DNA of 64,000 nt from a bacterium (GCA_021788365.1 JAJYKS010000003.1:73810-137809); one strand, 5' to 3'. Counted from the stretch's first letter, positions 8,751 through 19,642 are shown. Numbers and translations are program-made. The notes: a model not told the origin generated them from the letters alone.

Positions 8751-9899
8751 TTATCGCAGATTATTTTCTATAGTATTCCAAAGTGGGGAGTTGCTTCCTT
8801 CGTAGCCTAAGGCCCAAATTGCAATGCCGCCGAGACCAGCGGTTTTAACAAGGTCGAGCTTGAGGCCAATACTGGTTGCGTTCTCGTAGTAGTACTGCTT
8901 AATTTTGCCTGCCTCGGTTGTAATAGAGTAGGGAGAAAGTGTGTCACGGTCCCACAGCTCAGCGAGCGAGCCATTTGTTATGCTTGCCTCTACGGTTGAA
9001 AGCTTGGCTATTCCTCCCATTTTTGTCGGCGCGGCATATTTATCTGTGGATGACGTTGTCCATACGTAGCCGTAAAAGGGAATACCCAGGAGTACTTTCC
9101 TCGGTTCTATATATCGCAAGGTCTCCGCCAGATTTTTGGTAACGTCTTCATTAAAGAGTGTGGGGGCACCACGAAGTGGCGCGACGGGGCCCGTTTGGTC
9201 TGAGCTTGCCTGGAAATAATCATATGCCATGAGTACGAGGTAGTCGACATGAGGTGCGAGGCCAGCTATATCCCATAGACGCGCTCTGGTTGCGGAGATG
9301 GAGTAGATGTCCACGGAAAGCGTCATTGGCTTGCTTTGACGTTTTACCTCCTGGTATAACTCCGCGATAAACATGGTAAAGTTTGCTTGTTCGCTTGGGG
9401 CTATGCCCCCAGATGGCTCAAAATCAATATTTATTCCTGAGGCTTGTAGTGCGATCGACGTGCGTATGATGTTTGTGATCGCGTTTTGTCGAGCGGCAAC
9501 ACTCCCTAATAATACCTCAATCTCGTCCGTACCATTTCCTACGAAGGTGAGTGTCAGTGGTTTTTGTATAGAGACTGTGTCGGCGAGAAGACGTTTGTAG
9601 TTTGTGTATCCCGGCTCTTCTTCTCGACGATTGAGGTATTGTACGACAGAGCCGTTTTTATCGAGCCGTAGGGAGAAATAAGCAATGTCTGTTGTTCCTG
9701 CCAGCTCTTCCGCACTTAGTAGTTTGAGATTCCAGTAGGGGAGGAAGCCCAGGATAGTGTAGTTTTTGGTGGGTAGGTTGTAGGTTGGTGTGGATACTGA
9801 AGAAAACGGTGACAGTGGAATGCTTGGAGGTAAAACGAGATACGTACCAAGGGCGCAGAGCGCAACGATGGGAATAATAAGTAACAGCTTTTTTATCAT
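8751..9899 (-). CDS. Secreted GH18 glycoside hydrolase
   Basis: Signal/TM at MIKKLLL; GINIDFE catalytic motif, LMAYDY, LGIPFYG, GGIAIWALG. Confidence 0.88.
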   Translation of the reverse strand: MIKKLLLIIPIVALCALGTYLVLPPSIPLSPFSSVSTPTYNLPTKNYTILGFLPYWNLKLLSAEELAGTTDIAYFSLRLDKNGSVVQYLNRREEEPGYTNYKRLLADTVSIQKPLTLTFVGNGTDEIEVLLGSVAARQNAITNIIRTSIALQASGINIDFEPSGGIAPSEQANFTMFIAELYQEVKRQSKPMTLSVDIYSISATRARLWDIAGLAPHVDYLVLMAYDYFQASSDQTGPVAPLRGAPTLFNEDVTKNLAETLRYIEPRKVLLGIPFYGYVWTTSSTDKYAAPTKMGGIAKLSTVEASITNGSLAELWDRDTLSPYSITTEAGKIKQYYYENATSIGLKLDLVKTAGLGGIAIWALGYEGSNSPLWNTIENNLR

Positions 9900-12172
9900 T
9901 GGCTTGGTAGAGGTAAGGGAGATGTGGGTACGGGGCCTAGGGAAGAATAGGAGACGTCGACAGGCGGCTCGGTAACTCCATCGGGGTAGGGAGAGCAGTC
10001 GAGGCAATAATCCTTCTCAAATGGGTCTGAAGCAACTTTATGATTTTCTGTGGAGACGTTTGCTAGCTGATCTGGGGTTGCGGGAGGGTGGTGTGTATCG
10101 TTGTTTATCACAATGTCTTTTTGCTCAATTGTAGACACGGTGGGGACCGTGCCCTTTAGGAAGTACTCGTAGCGGGTTTGGCAGGTGTTAGTCGCGTCTG
10201 GCATGACCCCGGAATCCACACAAACACTGTCACCCTCTATGCCATCTTTTGGCATTTGTGGTCCCGGTGTGTCGATACCGCGTAGTGCATAGTGCATGAT
10301 GTCGTGCCATATTGGACTGGCACCAGTGATACCAGAGGCGACATAGCTCATCGGTGAGTTGTCGTTGTTACCCACCCAGGTGGCTACTAGTCGTGTTTTT
10401 GTATAGCCGATAGTCCAGTTGTCGCGGAGATTGTTGGTGGTTCCTGTTTTTACTGAGACGACCTTGCTGGGGATATTAAGGACTGAGTTGGTACCAAATG
10501 CCATGCTGCGGGCGTTGTTGTCGGAGAGGATGTGCGAAATTAAAAAGGCAGTTTGGGGGGAAAGAACCTTTTGGACAGGGCCTGTTTCTTCTGGCACGGG
10601 CTCGTTTTCCCGCATGCTGTCGACTGTCTCAGCGGATTTTGTGGGATCGTATGATTCTAGTATCTTTCCACTTGAATCCTTAACTTCAAGTATGGAGTGG
10701 AGTGGCACGCGGGTGCCCGCATTGGCGAAGACACCATATGCCTCTGCCATGTCTGCCATCGTAACTTCGCCGCCTCCCAGGGTTAATGAGAGTCCATACA
10801 ACGACGGGTCTCCCCAAGTGGAAATGCCCATTTTTCGCGCGAAGGAGATGAAATTTTCGACGCCGTTTAGCGCAAGTACTTTTACTGCAGGAACGTTTAG
10901 CGAGTTGCCGAGGGCAAAGCGTATCTGGACGGGACCATGAAATGTCCCGTCGTAGTCGCGCGGACAGTAGTCTGGCTGACCAACTACTTGAAAGCAGGTA
11001 GGCGTGTCTAGAAGCATGGTCGAGGGAGTGATCACTTTGGTTTCTATCCCGAGTGCATAGTTTAATGGTTTAATGCTACTTCCTGGCTGGCGTAGGCTTG
11101 TCGTCACATTTACTTTGCCATCGATATCGCTACTGAAGTAGTTCTTTGAGCCGACCATAGCCAAAATTTCGCCTGTCTCCGGGTTGGTTACGAGTGCTGC
11201 GCCGTTACTTATCTTGTAGCGTCCCAAACCTTTCATCTCGGCTGCAACTGATGCCTCGGCTGCCTCTTGCAAGCCAAGATCAAGCGTTGTCGTTACACGG
11301 AGACCTCCTTGTTCCACCTTTTGGACACCATACTCGTTTTCGAGCATTTGGCGCACATACATAACGAAGTGGGGGGCGAGAATATTGGTGCCGGGGGAAG
11401 CGAAGTGAAGCGTCTCATTTTTGGCTGCGGTCGCAGTCTCTTTGGTTACGAACCCGTCGGCAACCATTTGATCCAATACCTGTGCCTGTCGTGCTTTCGC
11501 GGCGTCCGGGTTGGCGAACGGTGAATAGGTGGTTGGTGCTTGGGGAAGCCCGGCGACGAGCGCGGCCTCCGCGAGATCTAGATCTTTGGCATGTTTATCG
11601 AAGTAGGTTTCTGCAGCAGTTTCGATGCCGTAGCTTGTACCTCCGTAAGGAATATGATTTAGGTACATTTCGAGAATTTGGTTTTTGGAATAGAGAATTT
11701 CGGTGGCGATCGTAAGAAATGCCTCTTTTATCTTGCGAGTCAGGGTGCGTTCCGGCGTGAGCAGTGCGACTTTGACTAGTTGCTGGGTGATGGTGGAGCC
11801 GCCCTGCAAACCCTGACCAGTTAGCGTTTTCCAGGCAGCGCGGAGAATGCCTGTTGGTGAGATGCCAAAGTCGTGGTAGAAGTTTTTGTCTTCTATTGCG
11901 ATCGTTGCCTCCGGAATATATATCGGCAAATCGCTAAGCTTTACCGGCGTGCGATTTTGGTTGGCATAAATTTCGTAGAGCAGCTTGCCGTTCCGGTCAT
12001 AAATCTTTGTTGTTTGTGGATAGATGTTTTTGCCGAGGTTTGTGGGAGAGGGTAGGTCTTTTAGGAACATAAAAAGACCGAGGATAATGGCGGTAAGCGC
12101 TAGACCAATCCCCGCAACCAGTTTCCAGGAAAATGTTACCTTTTGTTGCTTTTTGTGAATGAATGCAAACAT
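9896..12172 (-). CDS. Class A penicillin-binding protein (PBP1A family)
   Basis: IEDKNFY, GGSTITQQLVK, SSIK, SLN and KTGT motifs; paralogue of 6433-8700. Confidence 0.95.
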   Translation of the reverse strand: MFAFIHKKQQKVTFSWKLVAGIGLALTAIILGLFMFLKDLPSPTNLGKNIYPQTTKIYDRNGKLLYEIYANQNRTPVKLSDLPIYIPEATIAIEDKNFYHDFGISPTGILRAAWKTLTGQGLQGGSTITQQLVKVALLTPERTLTRKIKEAFLTIATEILYSKNQILEMYLNHIPYGGTSYGIETAAETYFDKHAKDLDLAEAALVAGLPQAPTTYSPFANPDAAKARQAQVLDQMVADGFVTKETATAAKNETLHFASPGTNILAPHFVMYVRQMLENEYGVQKVEQGGLRVTTTLDLGLQEAAEASVAAEMKGLGRYKISNGAALVTNPETGEILAMVGSKNYFSSDIDGKVNVTTSLRQPGSSIKPLNYALGIETKVITPSTMLLDTPTCFQVVGQPDYCPRDYDGTFHGPVQIRFALGNSLNVPAVKVLALNGVENFISFARKMGISTWGDPSLYGLSLTLGGGEVTMADMAEAYGVFANAGTRVPLHSILEVKDSSGKILESYDPTKSAETVDSMRENEPVPEETGPVQKVLSPQTAFLISHILSDNNARSMAFGTNSVLNIPSKVVSVKTGTTNNLRDNWTIGYTKTRLVATWVGNNDNSPMSYVASGITGASPIWHDIMHYALRGIDTPGPQMPKDGIEGDSVCVDSGVMPDATNTCQTRYEYFLKGTVPTVSTIEQKDIVINNDTHHPPATPDQLANVSTENHKVASDPFEKDYCLDCSPYPDGVTEPPVDVSYSSLGPVPTSPLPLPSQ

Positions 12173-12232
12173 TTGTTCCATTATACCGCAGAGGAACTAT
12201 CGTAATCTGAACGTGGTATACTCGCTGTCACG

Positions 12233-12868
12233 ATGATGCCAGTTGATGACGTAATGGTTGAGCTTGATCGTCAAAGGAAACGCGGGGTGCTTTTGGTGTT
12301 GTCTGGTCCTTCTGGAGTGGGCAAGGACACCGTCATGCTCCGGCTTCTTGAGAAATATCCCAAGATGGAAAAGTTAGTTACTACGAATAGTAGACCAAAG
12401 CGATCAGACGAACGTGATGGGTATGATTATCATTTTGTCACCCGAGAGGAGTTTGAGAAACTTATAGCCGAGGAGGCGTTTTTCGAGTGGGTAGAGTACC
12501 GTGGCCACTACCGTGGCGGGCAGAAAAAGCATGTACAGCAAGCCCTTGACTCTGGGAAAGACGTTATATGGCGGATTGATGTTCGCGGTGTCAAAAATAT
12601 ACGGGAAAAGGTAAAGGAGATGTTTCCCCACTCTGCATTTGTGCTTTTGGCTGTCCGCGATCTTGATACCCTGAAGAAGCGAATGGAAGAGCGAGCATCT
12701 GAATCTCAGGAAGGTCTGGCGTGGAGTATGGATATGGCGCTGTGGGAACAGCGGCAATGGCACGATTTTGACTATGTGGTGGAGAATGAGAACGGTAATC
12801 TGGATTCGACGGTTGATCGTGTCGCAAAAATCGTTGAGGTGACACGTATGAAAGTTGCCGGTAACTAG
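12233..12868 (+). CDS. gmk: Guanylate kinase
   Basis: LSGPSGVGKDT P-loop; TNSRPKR, DGYDYHFV. Confidence 0.93.
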   Translation: MMPVDDVMVELDRQRKRGVLLVLSGPSGVGKDTVMLRLLEKYPKMEKLVTTNSRPKRSDERDGYDYHFVTREEFEKLIAEEAFFEWVEYRGHYRGGQKKHVQQALDSGKDVIWRIDVRGVKNIREKVKEMFPHSAFVLLAVRDLDTLKKRMEERASESQEGLAWSMDMALWEQRQWHDFDYVVENENGNLDSTVDRVAKIVEVTRMKVAGN

Positions 12869-12925
12869 CGTTTCAGGGCGTAGTGGTTGCTGAAAATAAC
12901 CTGACAAGGTACAATACTATACATT

Positions 12926-14149
12926 GTGTCTGGCAGTTCGGTAGGCAGCACCATTGCCCGGGCAGTCAAAACCCATTTCGATAGTGAGGTGGCGTTTCTT
13001 TCAACTTTGGTTAAATCTAAAAGCCCTAACCCTTACACGCCCCAAGATTCTCCCTTACACGAGGAGGTTGAAGGTGAGGTACCCACACTTATTTTCGAGG
13101 AGTTGAAAACCATCGGCCTCTCTCCGCGCTACCTAGGGGCAAGTCGTGAGCGGCCAAATGTTGTCGTTGAGTGGGGTGAGAAGCGAGCACGAAATATTCT
13201 TATGCTCAATGGTCACATGGATACGATACCACCCGAGGGGAAAGATGTGGTTCTTCCGTATTCTGGAGCAGTAAGAGGTGGCAAGTTGTATGGCTTGGGG
13301 GCACTTGATATGAAGGCGACTCTTGCCGCATACGTATACGCGGTTCGTGCACTCATTACTGCTAAGGTAAAAATTACTGGTAAGCTTCATCTAGCTTTTG
13401 TTGTCGACGAGGAATCGGGGGCGTGCAGCCCATACGGTACTCGTTATCTTCTTGAGCAGGGCTGTGTGCCAAAAGCCTGCATTATCGGCGAGCATGGAAC
13501 TGATTACGTTCGTGTAGGGCAGCGCGGTAGTTATCGGTTCCGCATTGTTGTCCGCGGTGAGGCGGTTCATACCGGTGTCTCAGCGTGGGAGCGAGGTGAG
13601 ATGGGCCACAATGCCATTGTCGATATGGCAAAGGCGATTGAGGTGTTACAGGGACTCGAGGTTCCGTTTAAGGTGTCGCGGATGTTTATTGGACGCAAAC
13701 CCGTCTTTACCTTTCCTACTCGGATCACGGGTGGTTCGGCGATGAATGTGGTCCCGGATATGTGCGAAGCATATGGTGATGTGCGACTTCTTCCTGGGAA
13801 CTCCGATAGCCAAGTAAAAATGCTCATGGTAGAGCGGTTATCCAAGCTAGGTATTACCTACGAGATACAAGACCTTGCGTATGTGCCGGCGGTAGAAATT
13901 GACCCTCACGACCCACTTGTTCTTACGCTACAAAAGGCTGCGAGGGAGGTAACGGGCAAAACTCCTGAGGTACGTGTGTCTGGACCGGCGACTGACGGAT
14001 GGATGCTTGTCAAGCGTGATATTCCCACTATCATGGGTTACGGACCAAATGGTGGGGGGGAGCATGGAAGGGGAGAGTGGGTGGACCTTGAGTCGCTTCG
14101 CCAGGTGACGGAAGTGTATGCTAGGATGATAGCGAGTTATTTAGCCTAG
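12926..14149 (+). CDS. M20 family metallopeptidase (ArgE/DapE-like)
   Basis: NGHMDT, GALDMK, VDEE, IGE and C-terminal EH metal ligands. Confidence 0.88.
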   Translation: MSGSSVGSTIARAVKTHFDSEVAFLSTLVKSKSPNPYTPQDSPLHEEVEGEVPTLIFEELKTIGLSPRYLGASRERPNVVVEWGEKRARNILMLNGHMDTIPPEGKDVVLPYSGAVRGGKLYGLGALDMKATLAAYVYAVRALITAKVKITGKLHLAFVVDEESGACSPYGTRYLLEQGCVPKACIIGEHGTDYVRVGQRGSYRFRIVVRGEAVHTGVSAWERGEMGHNAIVDMAKAIEVLQGLEVPFKVSRMFIGRKPVFTFPTRITGGSAMNVVPDMCEAYGDVRLLPGNSDSQVKMLMVERLSKLGITYEIQDLAYVPAVEIDPHDPLVLTLQKAAREVTGKTPEVRVSGPATDGWMLVKRDIPTIMGYGPNGGGEHGRGEWVDLESLRQVTEVYARMIASYLA

Positions 14150-14155
14150 AGGCGT

Positions 14156-14761
14156 ATGCGATATATTAATGGTTTGCTTGTTGGTTTCTTGGTTTTTAGT
14201 GGGTTTCTTGTTGGGTTTGTCTCGCTCTACCTTTCTTCGCTTTCTGGTGTTATGAATAGACTGGGATTTGTGGGTGGAGATTTGACGCGTGAGGTGAGGG
14301 TAAACGATCTTGTACGGGGTCTCCGCGACATACCGGACAAGCCATTGTGCGATTTTTGGGGAGCTATCGCACCCGTCCCGTCGTACCTATTTGCTCGTGG
14401 TGAACAACGTACCGTATTAGGTTTTACCCTGGGTTATGATCGGGTGGTATGTGGAACCCACTATATTATCTCCGGTAACGCGGAGCGCGGTATCTACACT
14501 ATTCTCAAAGGCATTTACTATCTGAGAAGCAGTTATTTAGAGCTTGGGAAATCGATTCCACAGTCGCCCGCCTTGTGTATGCTTCGTGAGGGAGATACGG
14601 TGGACCCGTGGGTAGCCGCTTATTTGTCTGCCTCGCGTGGTACGGCGCATGACGTCATCTACAACGCGTGGCGAGAGGTATTCGAGGATAGGGCGCATGT
14701 GGCCGAACTATGCAATGTGATACGAAAAAATGCAGTTGACGGAGCTTCGCTTACCTTCTAG
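14156..14761 (+). CDS. Hypothetical protein with N-terminal TM/signal
   Basis: 201-aa ORF 6 nt after the M20 gene; hydrophobic N-terminus. Confidence 0.6.
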   Translation: MRYINGLLVGFLVFSGFLVGFVSLYLSSLSGVMNRLGFVGGDLTREVRVNDLVRGLRDIPDKPLCDFWGAIAPVPSYLFARGEQRTVLGFTLGYDRVVCGTHYIISGNAERGIYTILKGIYYLRSSYLELGKSIPQSPALCMLREGDTVDPWVAAYLSASRGTAHDVIYNAWREVFEDRAHVAELCNVIRKNAVDGASLTF

Positions 14762-14764
14762 GAT
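14736..14764 (+). promoter_or_regulatory. Sigma70 promoter
   Basis: TTGACG-17bp-TAGGAT. Confidence 0.55.
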
Positions 14765-14932
14765 CTAGCTGTTAACAAGTGAACGATGTGAGAGTGCAAG
14801 GAACCCAGTGACCCGCCTCCCGAGGCAGGAATTCTGGGGCTGTGCCGCAACCGTGAATGAGCCGCCTGTTTGGCGAGCCAAGCCGGGAACTTCCTTTCAG
14901 ATTGCCTTATTTCGCGTCTCCCGAGCAAGGAG

Positions 14933-16177
14933 ATGGAGGAGTTCTTTGTGACCGTAGAGTCTTTGCACCAAGAGTTGATTGCCAAACCTGATATGGATAG
15001 TTTACAGGCTTGGATGGTTTTGGGATTTCCTGATATTGGTGGTTTTGATCTGGTAAGTGAAAAAGACCTGCAACAACGTTTTTCTTTGGGAGTATATGTT
15101 CGGATGCATGAAGCGGAGGGAATTAGCAGGGACGAATTGGAGAGTCGCTTTGCGGCAGATGCGGTCACGTACGTAGAAGAATATGTTTTGAGGGTAAAGT
15201 TGGGGCAACGCGAACTTGAGCTTAGGGATCACGACTTGTTTTCGTCAAAATTTGGTTCCAAGTCTGTTCTTTCTATGTGCAAGGATGCGGTAGTTGCCCG
15301 CGAGAAAAAGAATATTGATCCAATCCGTGCAAAACACGAAGGATTGGGTATTTCGAATTTGGTGAAACTTTTGGAAGTAACACGGCCGGGAGAGGTAGTG
15401 GTGATCGTGAGTCCTCCTGATCCGGGCGATAAGAATATGGCGGGGTACACGATGGTGTATTTATATGAGAAACAAGACAACGGAAAGATTTGGTTTGGTG
15501 CGGTTCGTGATGAGGGGAGAGGTATTGGTGATTGGCAGAAATTTGCAGCAGAAACTAGCTTATGGCAGGAGGATTGGGGAGACTACGATCATCTAAAATT
15601 TGTGGCTTTACCCTATGTTGCCAAGAATAGCCTCGGGGAAGTTTTGAATAAGTTAGGGGTGACTAGTGACCCTGATGACATCCCTCTTTGGATACGGCGA
15701 GAAGCACAGACTAGTGCAAAACTCATCGCAGCGAATATTGAGGTAGGAAACAAGGTTATGGCGCAGCGTGTGCTTGATGCATTCAAGACGGCGGTGATTG
15801 CCGGAAGAGATAAGACAGAAGTAGGAGAGCATGGGTATTCGGTGGCGAGGATGACAATGGATCCCCGCTACTTGATGATGGTCCAACGCTTTTTCGATAT
15901 TGGTGGTGGGGGGAGGTTTATCGCTGCTGGCGGAATATGTGGTATAGATGAGATTAACTCATTGACTGGAGAACCTATGAACAACAACAATGCACTATCA
16001 GATGTTATGGGGATAGATGAGCGGAAAACCACTAAAACTTCTAGCAGCGAGAGCACCGGGATGCATTGTGGTGCATGTTGCGGATCCCACGTTGCAAAAG
16101 AGGGGGATATGTACGTTTGTAAGGACTGTGGGGCATCGATTGAGTGCGCAAAAGTAGATAAACCAGCGGGGCCGTAG
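14933..16177 (+). CDS. Hypothetical protein with C-terminal Cys-rich (Zn-ribbon-like) tail
   Basis: Long ORF; AAGGAG before ATG 14933; CGACC...CKDC near the C-terminus. Confidence 0.65.
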   Translation: MEEFFVTVESLHQELIAKPDMDSLQAWMVLGFPDIGGFDLVSEKDLQQRFSLGVYVRMHEAEGISRDELESRFAADAVTYVEEYVLRVKLGQRELELRDHDLFSSKFGSKSVLSMCKDAVVAREKKNIDPIRAKHEGLGISNLVKLLEVTRPGEVVVIVSPPDPGDKNMAGYTMVYLYEKQDNGKIWFGAVRDEGRGIGDWQKFAAETSLWQEDWGDYDHLKFVALPYVAKNSLGEVLNKLGVTSDPDDIPLWIRREAQTSAKLIAANIEVGNKVMAQRVLDAFKTAVIAGRDKTEVGEHGYSVARMTMDPRYLMMVQRFFDIGGGGRFIAAGGICGIDEINSLTGEPMNNNNALSDVMGIDERKTTKTSSSESTGMHCGACCGSHVAKEGDMYVCKDCGASIECAKVDKPAGP

Positions 16178-16209
16178 TACCTGCTCCTGTTTGATGTAGT
16201 CGTTCCTAG

Positions 16210-16263
16210 TTGACGCCGCTAACCGTAGGGGTTACGTTAGATGAGCCCTACTATATGTAGGGT
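16210..16263 (+). promoter_or_regulatory. nrd promoter with NrdR box
   Basis: TTGACG-17bp-TACGTT, then palindrome CCCTACTATATGTAGGG whose core CTATATGTAG matches the NrdR consensus CwAtATaTwG. Confidence 0.75.
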
Positions 16264-16289
16264 TTTGGTTTCTACGAGGAGATCCAGAT

Positions 16290-16748
16290 ATGCAATGCCC
16301 TTACTGTCACAACGAAGATACTTCTGTACTCGAGAGTCGGATCACGGAAGATGGGGGCGCTATGCGCCGTCGCCGAGAGTGTGTGAAGTGTGGCAAACGT
16401 TTTACCACCTACGAACGCGCGGAGGGAGTAGATATCAAGGTGGTGAAGAAAACGGGGAAGATAGAGGACTTTGACCGGGAGAAGCTAAAGCGGGGCATCA
16501 TGAAGGCTACCTGGAAACGCCCTGTCTCGATGGAGCAGATTGAGGAGATGGTGGACGAAGTAGAGCGCATCTTACGTCGCAAGAGCTCGACCGAAGTTCG
16601 GAGTTGGGAGATAGGAAATCTTGTGATCAATCGCTTGAAAAAGATCGATCCACTAGCTTATTTACTTTTTGCCTCGGTGTATCGTGAGTTCGAGAACCTC
16701 TCGGATTTTGAGGAGGAAATAAAGAAACTTCAGGAGACAACTCCATGA
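16290..16748 (+). CDS. nrdR: Transcriptional repressor NrdR
   Basis: MQCPYC...RRRRECVKCGKRFTTYE Zn ribbon plus ATP cone, FASVYREF. Confidence 0.97.
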   Translation: MQCPYCHNEDTSVLESRITEDGGAMRRRRECVKCGKRFTTYERAEGVDIKVVKKTGKIEDFDREKLKRGIMKATWKRPVSMEQIEEMVDEVERILRRKSSTEVRSWEIGNLVINRLKKIDPLAYLLFASVYREFENLSDFEEEIKKLQETTP

Positions 16749-18751
16749 AGGTAACAAAACTTAACGCCAATGCTGCGGCTATCATGGTAAACCGCTATTC
16801 GTTACGAGATGAGGCGGGGCACCCGGTGGAGTCTCCGACTGAGATATTTATGCGTGCAGCACGGGTAGTTGCCGAGGCGGAGAATAACTATCGGAGTAGC
16901 GGTACCACCGCTATGCAGGTGCAAGAGCAGTTTTTCGAGATTATGTATGAGATGCGGTTCGTGCCAAACGGCCGCACCATGGCCAACGCCGGGACGAAGT
17001 ACGGGCAGCTGGCTAACTGCTTTGTACTGCCAATCGACGATGATTTGGGAAAGGGGACAGATTCGATCTTTTCGGTTCTCCGTAAGGCTATTCTCACGCT
17101 ACAGACTGGCGGGGGAGTGGGGTTTTCGTTTGGACGTATCCGACCGAAGGATGCCTCAATTTCCACCTCGAAGGGCAAGGCGACCGGTGCGGTGTCATTT
17201 ATTAAAGTGTACGATACGGCGTTTTGGGTCATTGGCCAAGGTGGGGGGCGTAGGTCTGCAGCTATGGCAGTCCTCCCCGTGTGGCACCCGGATATTTTTG
17301 AGTTTGTAAAATGCAAGGCAACCGAAGGGCAGATAACCAACTTCAATATCTCTGTGGGCCTTACCGATGAATTTATGAAGGCGGTTGCGAAAGACGATGA
17401 TTTTGCTCTCCGCCACCCGGAGAACGGTGAGCTGTACCGTATGGTGCCTGCCCGCGAACTATTTGCCGAGATCGTGAAGTACGCGTACAAGAACGGTGAG
17501 CCGGGAGTCCTTTTCCTCGATGAGGCAAACCGTTTTAACCCCGTGCCGCACCTTTACAAGCTGGAGGCGACCAACCCGTGCGGCGAGCAATTTTTAGGAC
17601 CATATGAGAACTGCTGCCTAGGCAGTGTAAATCTGCGAGAGCACGCGAAGAAGATAAAAGGAGACGGGTATCAACTAGACTGGAACAAGCTTGCCGAGAC
17701 GGTGGAGCTCTCTGTGCGATTCCTCGATAATGTGGTGGACGCCAACAAGTACGTATCGGCGGTACCAGAGCTTGAAGAAGCGGCGCATAAAGTACGCCGT
17801 ATTGGTCTCTCCATCATGGGACTATCTGACCTCATGTATATTCTGGGAGTGCGATATGGCTCGCCGAAAGGACAGGAGCTAGCAAGTCAGATTATGGAGT
17901 TTATTCGCTACCACGCTATGAGCTCGTCTATCGAGCTTGCTCGCGAGCGTGGGCCATTTCCCGGCATTACCGGTAGTATCTATGACCCACAGAACGTGAC
18001 GTGGAAACCGCCCAAGGGGCTTGTTAAACATATGGCGGACTTCGGCAGGCCCGCACTTGAGTGGAAGCATATTCTGGAGGGTCTTAAGCAATATGGCATC
18101 CGCAACGGAGCACAGACGACGATCGCGCCGACGGGTTCTATTGCGACCATTTCTGGGCTTGAAGGCTATGGGTGTGAGCCGGTATTTGCCCTCTCCTATA
18201 CCCGTCACACGCGAGAAGGGGCGGAAAAAGAGGGTAAGGAGTGGCGAGAGATGTACTATACTTCGACGTTGTTTGAGCAGGCGCTGAAGAGCGAAGGAGT
18301 CGCTGCTGCCGAACGGAGGAAAATATTTGAGGCAGTACGTGAGGCCGGTGGGAGTTGCCAGAAAGTTGCTGGTATTCCAAAGCGCATTCTTGATACGTTT
18401 GTCATATCCTCTGACCTGTCAGTGGAAGAACACGTACGAATGCAGGCTGTTATGCAGAGCTGGCTCGATAACAGTATTAGCAAAACGATTAATTTCCCAC
18501 GGGACGCGACGCCGGATGATGTTGCTAAAGCATATCAACTGGGGTGGGAGCTGAAACTCCGTGGCATGACCGTGTATGTCGAGGGCTCGCGGGAGCAGGT
18601 GGTACTGGAGAAAAAATCGGGACCATTTGAGACGAAGGAAAATAAACAGGTAACCAGTGAGGAACTCTGCCCCGAGTGTGGCACGCCACTACGGATTGCC
18701 GAGGGGTGCTCGACGTGCCCGTCGTGTGCGTATTCGAGATGCGATAAATGA
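16745..18751 (+). CDS. nrdJ: Class II adenosylcobalamin-dependent ribonucleotide reductase, paralogue 1
   Basis: [37 protein letters not shown]; C-terminal CPEC...C..C..C. Confidence 0.95.
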   Translation: MKVTKLNANAAAIMVNRYSLRDEAGHPVESPTEIFMRAARVVAEAENNYRSSGTTAMQVQEQFFEIMYEMRFVPNGRTMANAGTKYGQLANCFVLPIDDDLGKGTDSIFSVLRKAILTLQTGGGVGFSFGRIRPKDASISTSKGKATGAVSFIKVYDTAFWVIGQGGGRRSAAMAVLPVWHPDIFEFVKCKATEGQITNFNISVGLTDEFMKAVAKDDDFALRHPENGELYRMVPARELFAEIVKYAYKNGEPGVLFLDEANRFNPVPHLYKLEATNPCGEQFLGPYENCCLGSVNLREHAKKIKGDGYQLDWNKLAETVELSVRFLDNVVDANKYVSAVPELEEAAHKVRRIGLSIMGLSDLMYILGVRYGSPKGQELASQIMEFIRYHAMSSSIELARERGPFPGITGSIYDPQNVTWKPPKGLVKHMADFGRPALEWKHILEGLKQYGIRNGAQTTIAPTGSIATISGLEGYGCEPVFALSYTRHTREGAEKEGKEWREMYYTSTLFEQALKSEGVAAAERRKIFEAVREAGGSCQKVAGIPKRILDTFVISSDLSVEEHVRMQAVMQSWLDNSISKTINFPRDATPDDVAKAYQLGWELKLRGMTVYVEGSREQVVLEKKSGPFETKENKQVTSEELCPECGTPLRIAEGCSTCPSCAYSRCDK

Positions 18752-18815
18752 TCGGTAAGTCAGCGAATCGGCTAGTCAGCTAGTCGGTTCGTCAGTTAAT
18801 CGGAGAATCAGAGAT

Positions 18816-19223
18816 ATGACAAATAGTCAGTTAATAGACAAACTAGCGTGGTTGCACTTTGAGGATAAGCAGCTTTTGATGACGTTGAGCAAAGGGAAAG
18901 ATACTTACTATATCCCTGGCGGTAAACGGGAGGGGAGCGAGTCTGATGAAGAAGCGCTGGTAAGGGAAGTAAAGGAGGAGCTGACTGTGGATTTGAATAA
19001 AAGTACGATCAAACATTACGGTACGTTTGAGGCTCAGGCTCATGGGAAGCCAATTGGAACAATAGTGAGAATGACGTGTTATTTCGCCGATTACTCAGGG
19101 AAGTTGCAACCAAGTATGGAGATACAAAACATCGATTATTACACCTATGCACAGCGAGATATTGTTGGCCCAGTGGACCAAATAATTTTTGACGACTTAT
19201 ACGAAAAGGGTCTACTGAAATGA
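18816..19223 (+). CDS. Nudix hydrolase
   Basis: Nudix box GGKREGSESDEEALVREVKEEL. Confidence 0.9.
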   Translation: MTNSQLIDKLAWLHFEDKQLLMTLSKGKDTYYIPGGKREGSESDEEALVREVKEELTVDLNKSTIKHYGTFEAQAHGKPIGTIVRMTCYFADYSGKLQPSMEIQNIDYYTYAQRDIVGPVDQIIFDDLYEKGLLK

Positions 19224-19642
19224 AAACAAGAATTGGAGCAGTTGGGATCATACAAAATACGGACGGAGAAGTTCTTATTTGTAAGATGCCGGCAAAGCGG
19301 GGAATGTACCCAGAGCAGTGGGGCATACTCGGTGGTGGCATGGAAGATGGTGAAAAAATTGAAGATACCCTAAAACGCGAGGCAAAGGAAGAGTTGGGAA
19401 TTATCCTCAAAAATATACGACCATTTACCTTCCACGATGATACGCGCACAAAGTATTTTGCCGACGGACACACGGAAGAGGTCTATATGGTCTATTGTAT
19501 TTTTGATTGTGAAATAGCGGGTGGAAACGTAGTTCTTAACGACGAATGGGAAGAGTTTGTGTGGGTAAATCCAGAAAGACTCAGTGAGTATGATTTGAAT
19601 GATCCAACGATAAAGACGTTTACGTTGAAGGGTTGGCTATGA
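19220..19642 (+). CDS. Nudix hydrolase, NudI-like nucleoside triphosphatase
   Basis: GGGMEDGEKIEDTLKREAKEELG; FHDDTRTK...EEVYMVYCIFDC resembles NudI. Confidence 0.85.
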   Translation: MKTRIGAVGIIQNTDGEVLICKMPAKRGMYPEQWGILGGGMEDGEKIEDTLKREAKEELGIILKNIRPFTFHDDTRTKYFADGHTEEVYMVYCIFDCEIAGGNVVLNDEWEEFVWVNPERLSEYDLNDPTIKTFTLKGWL

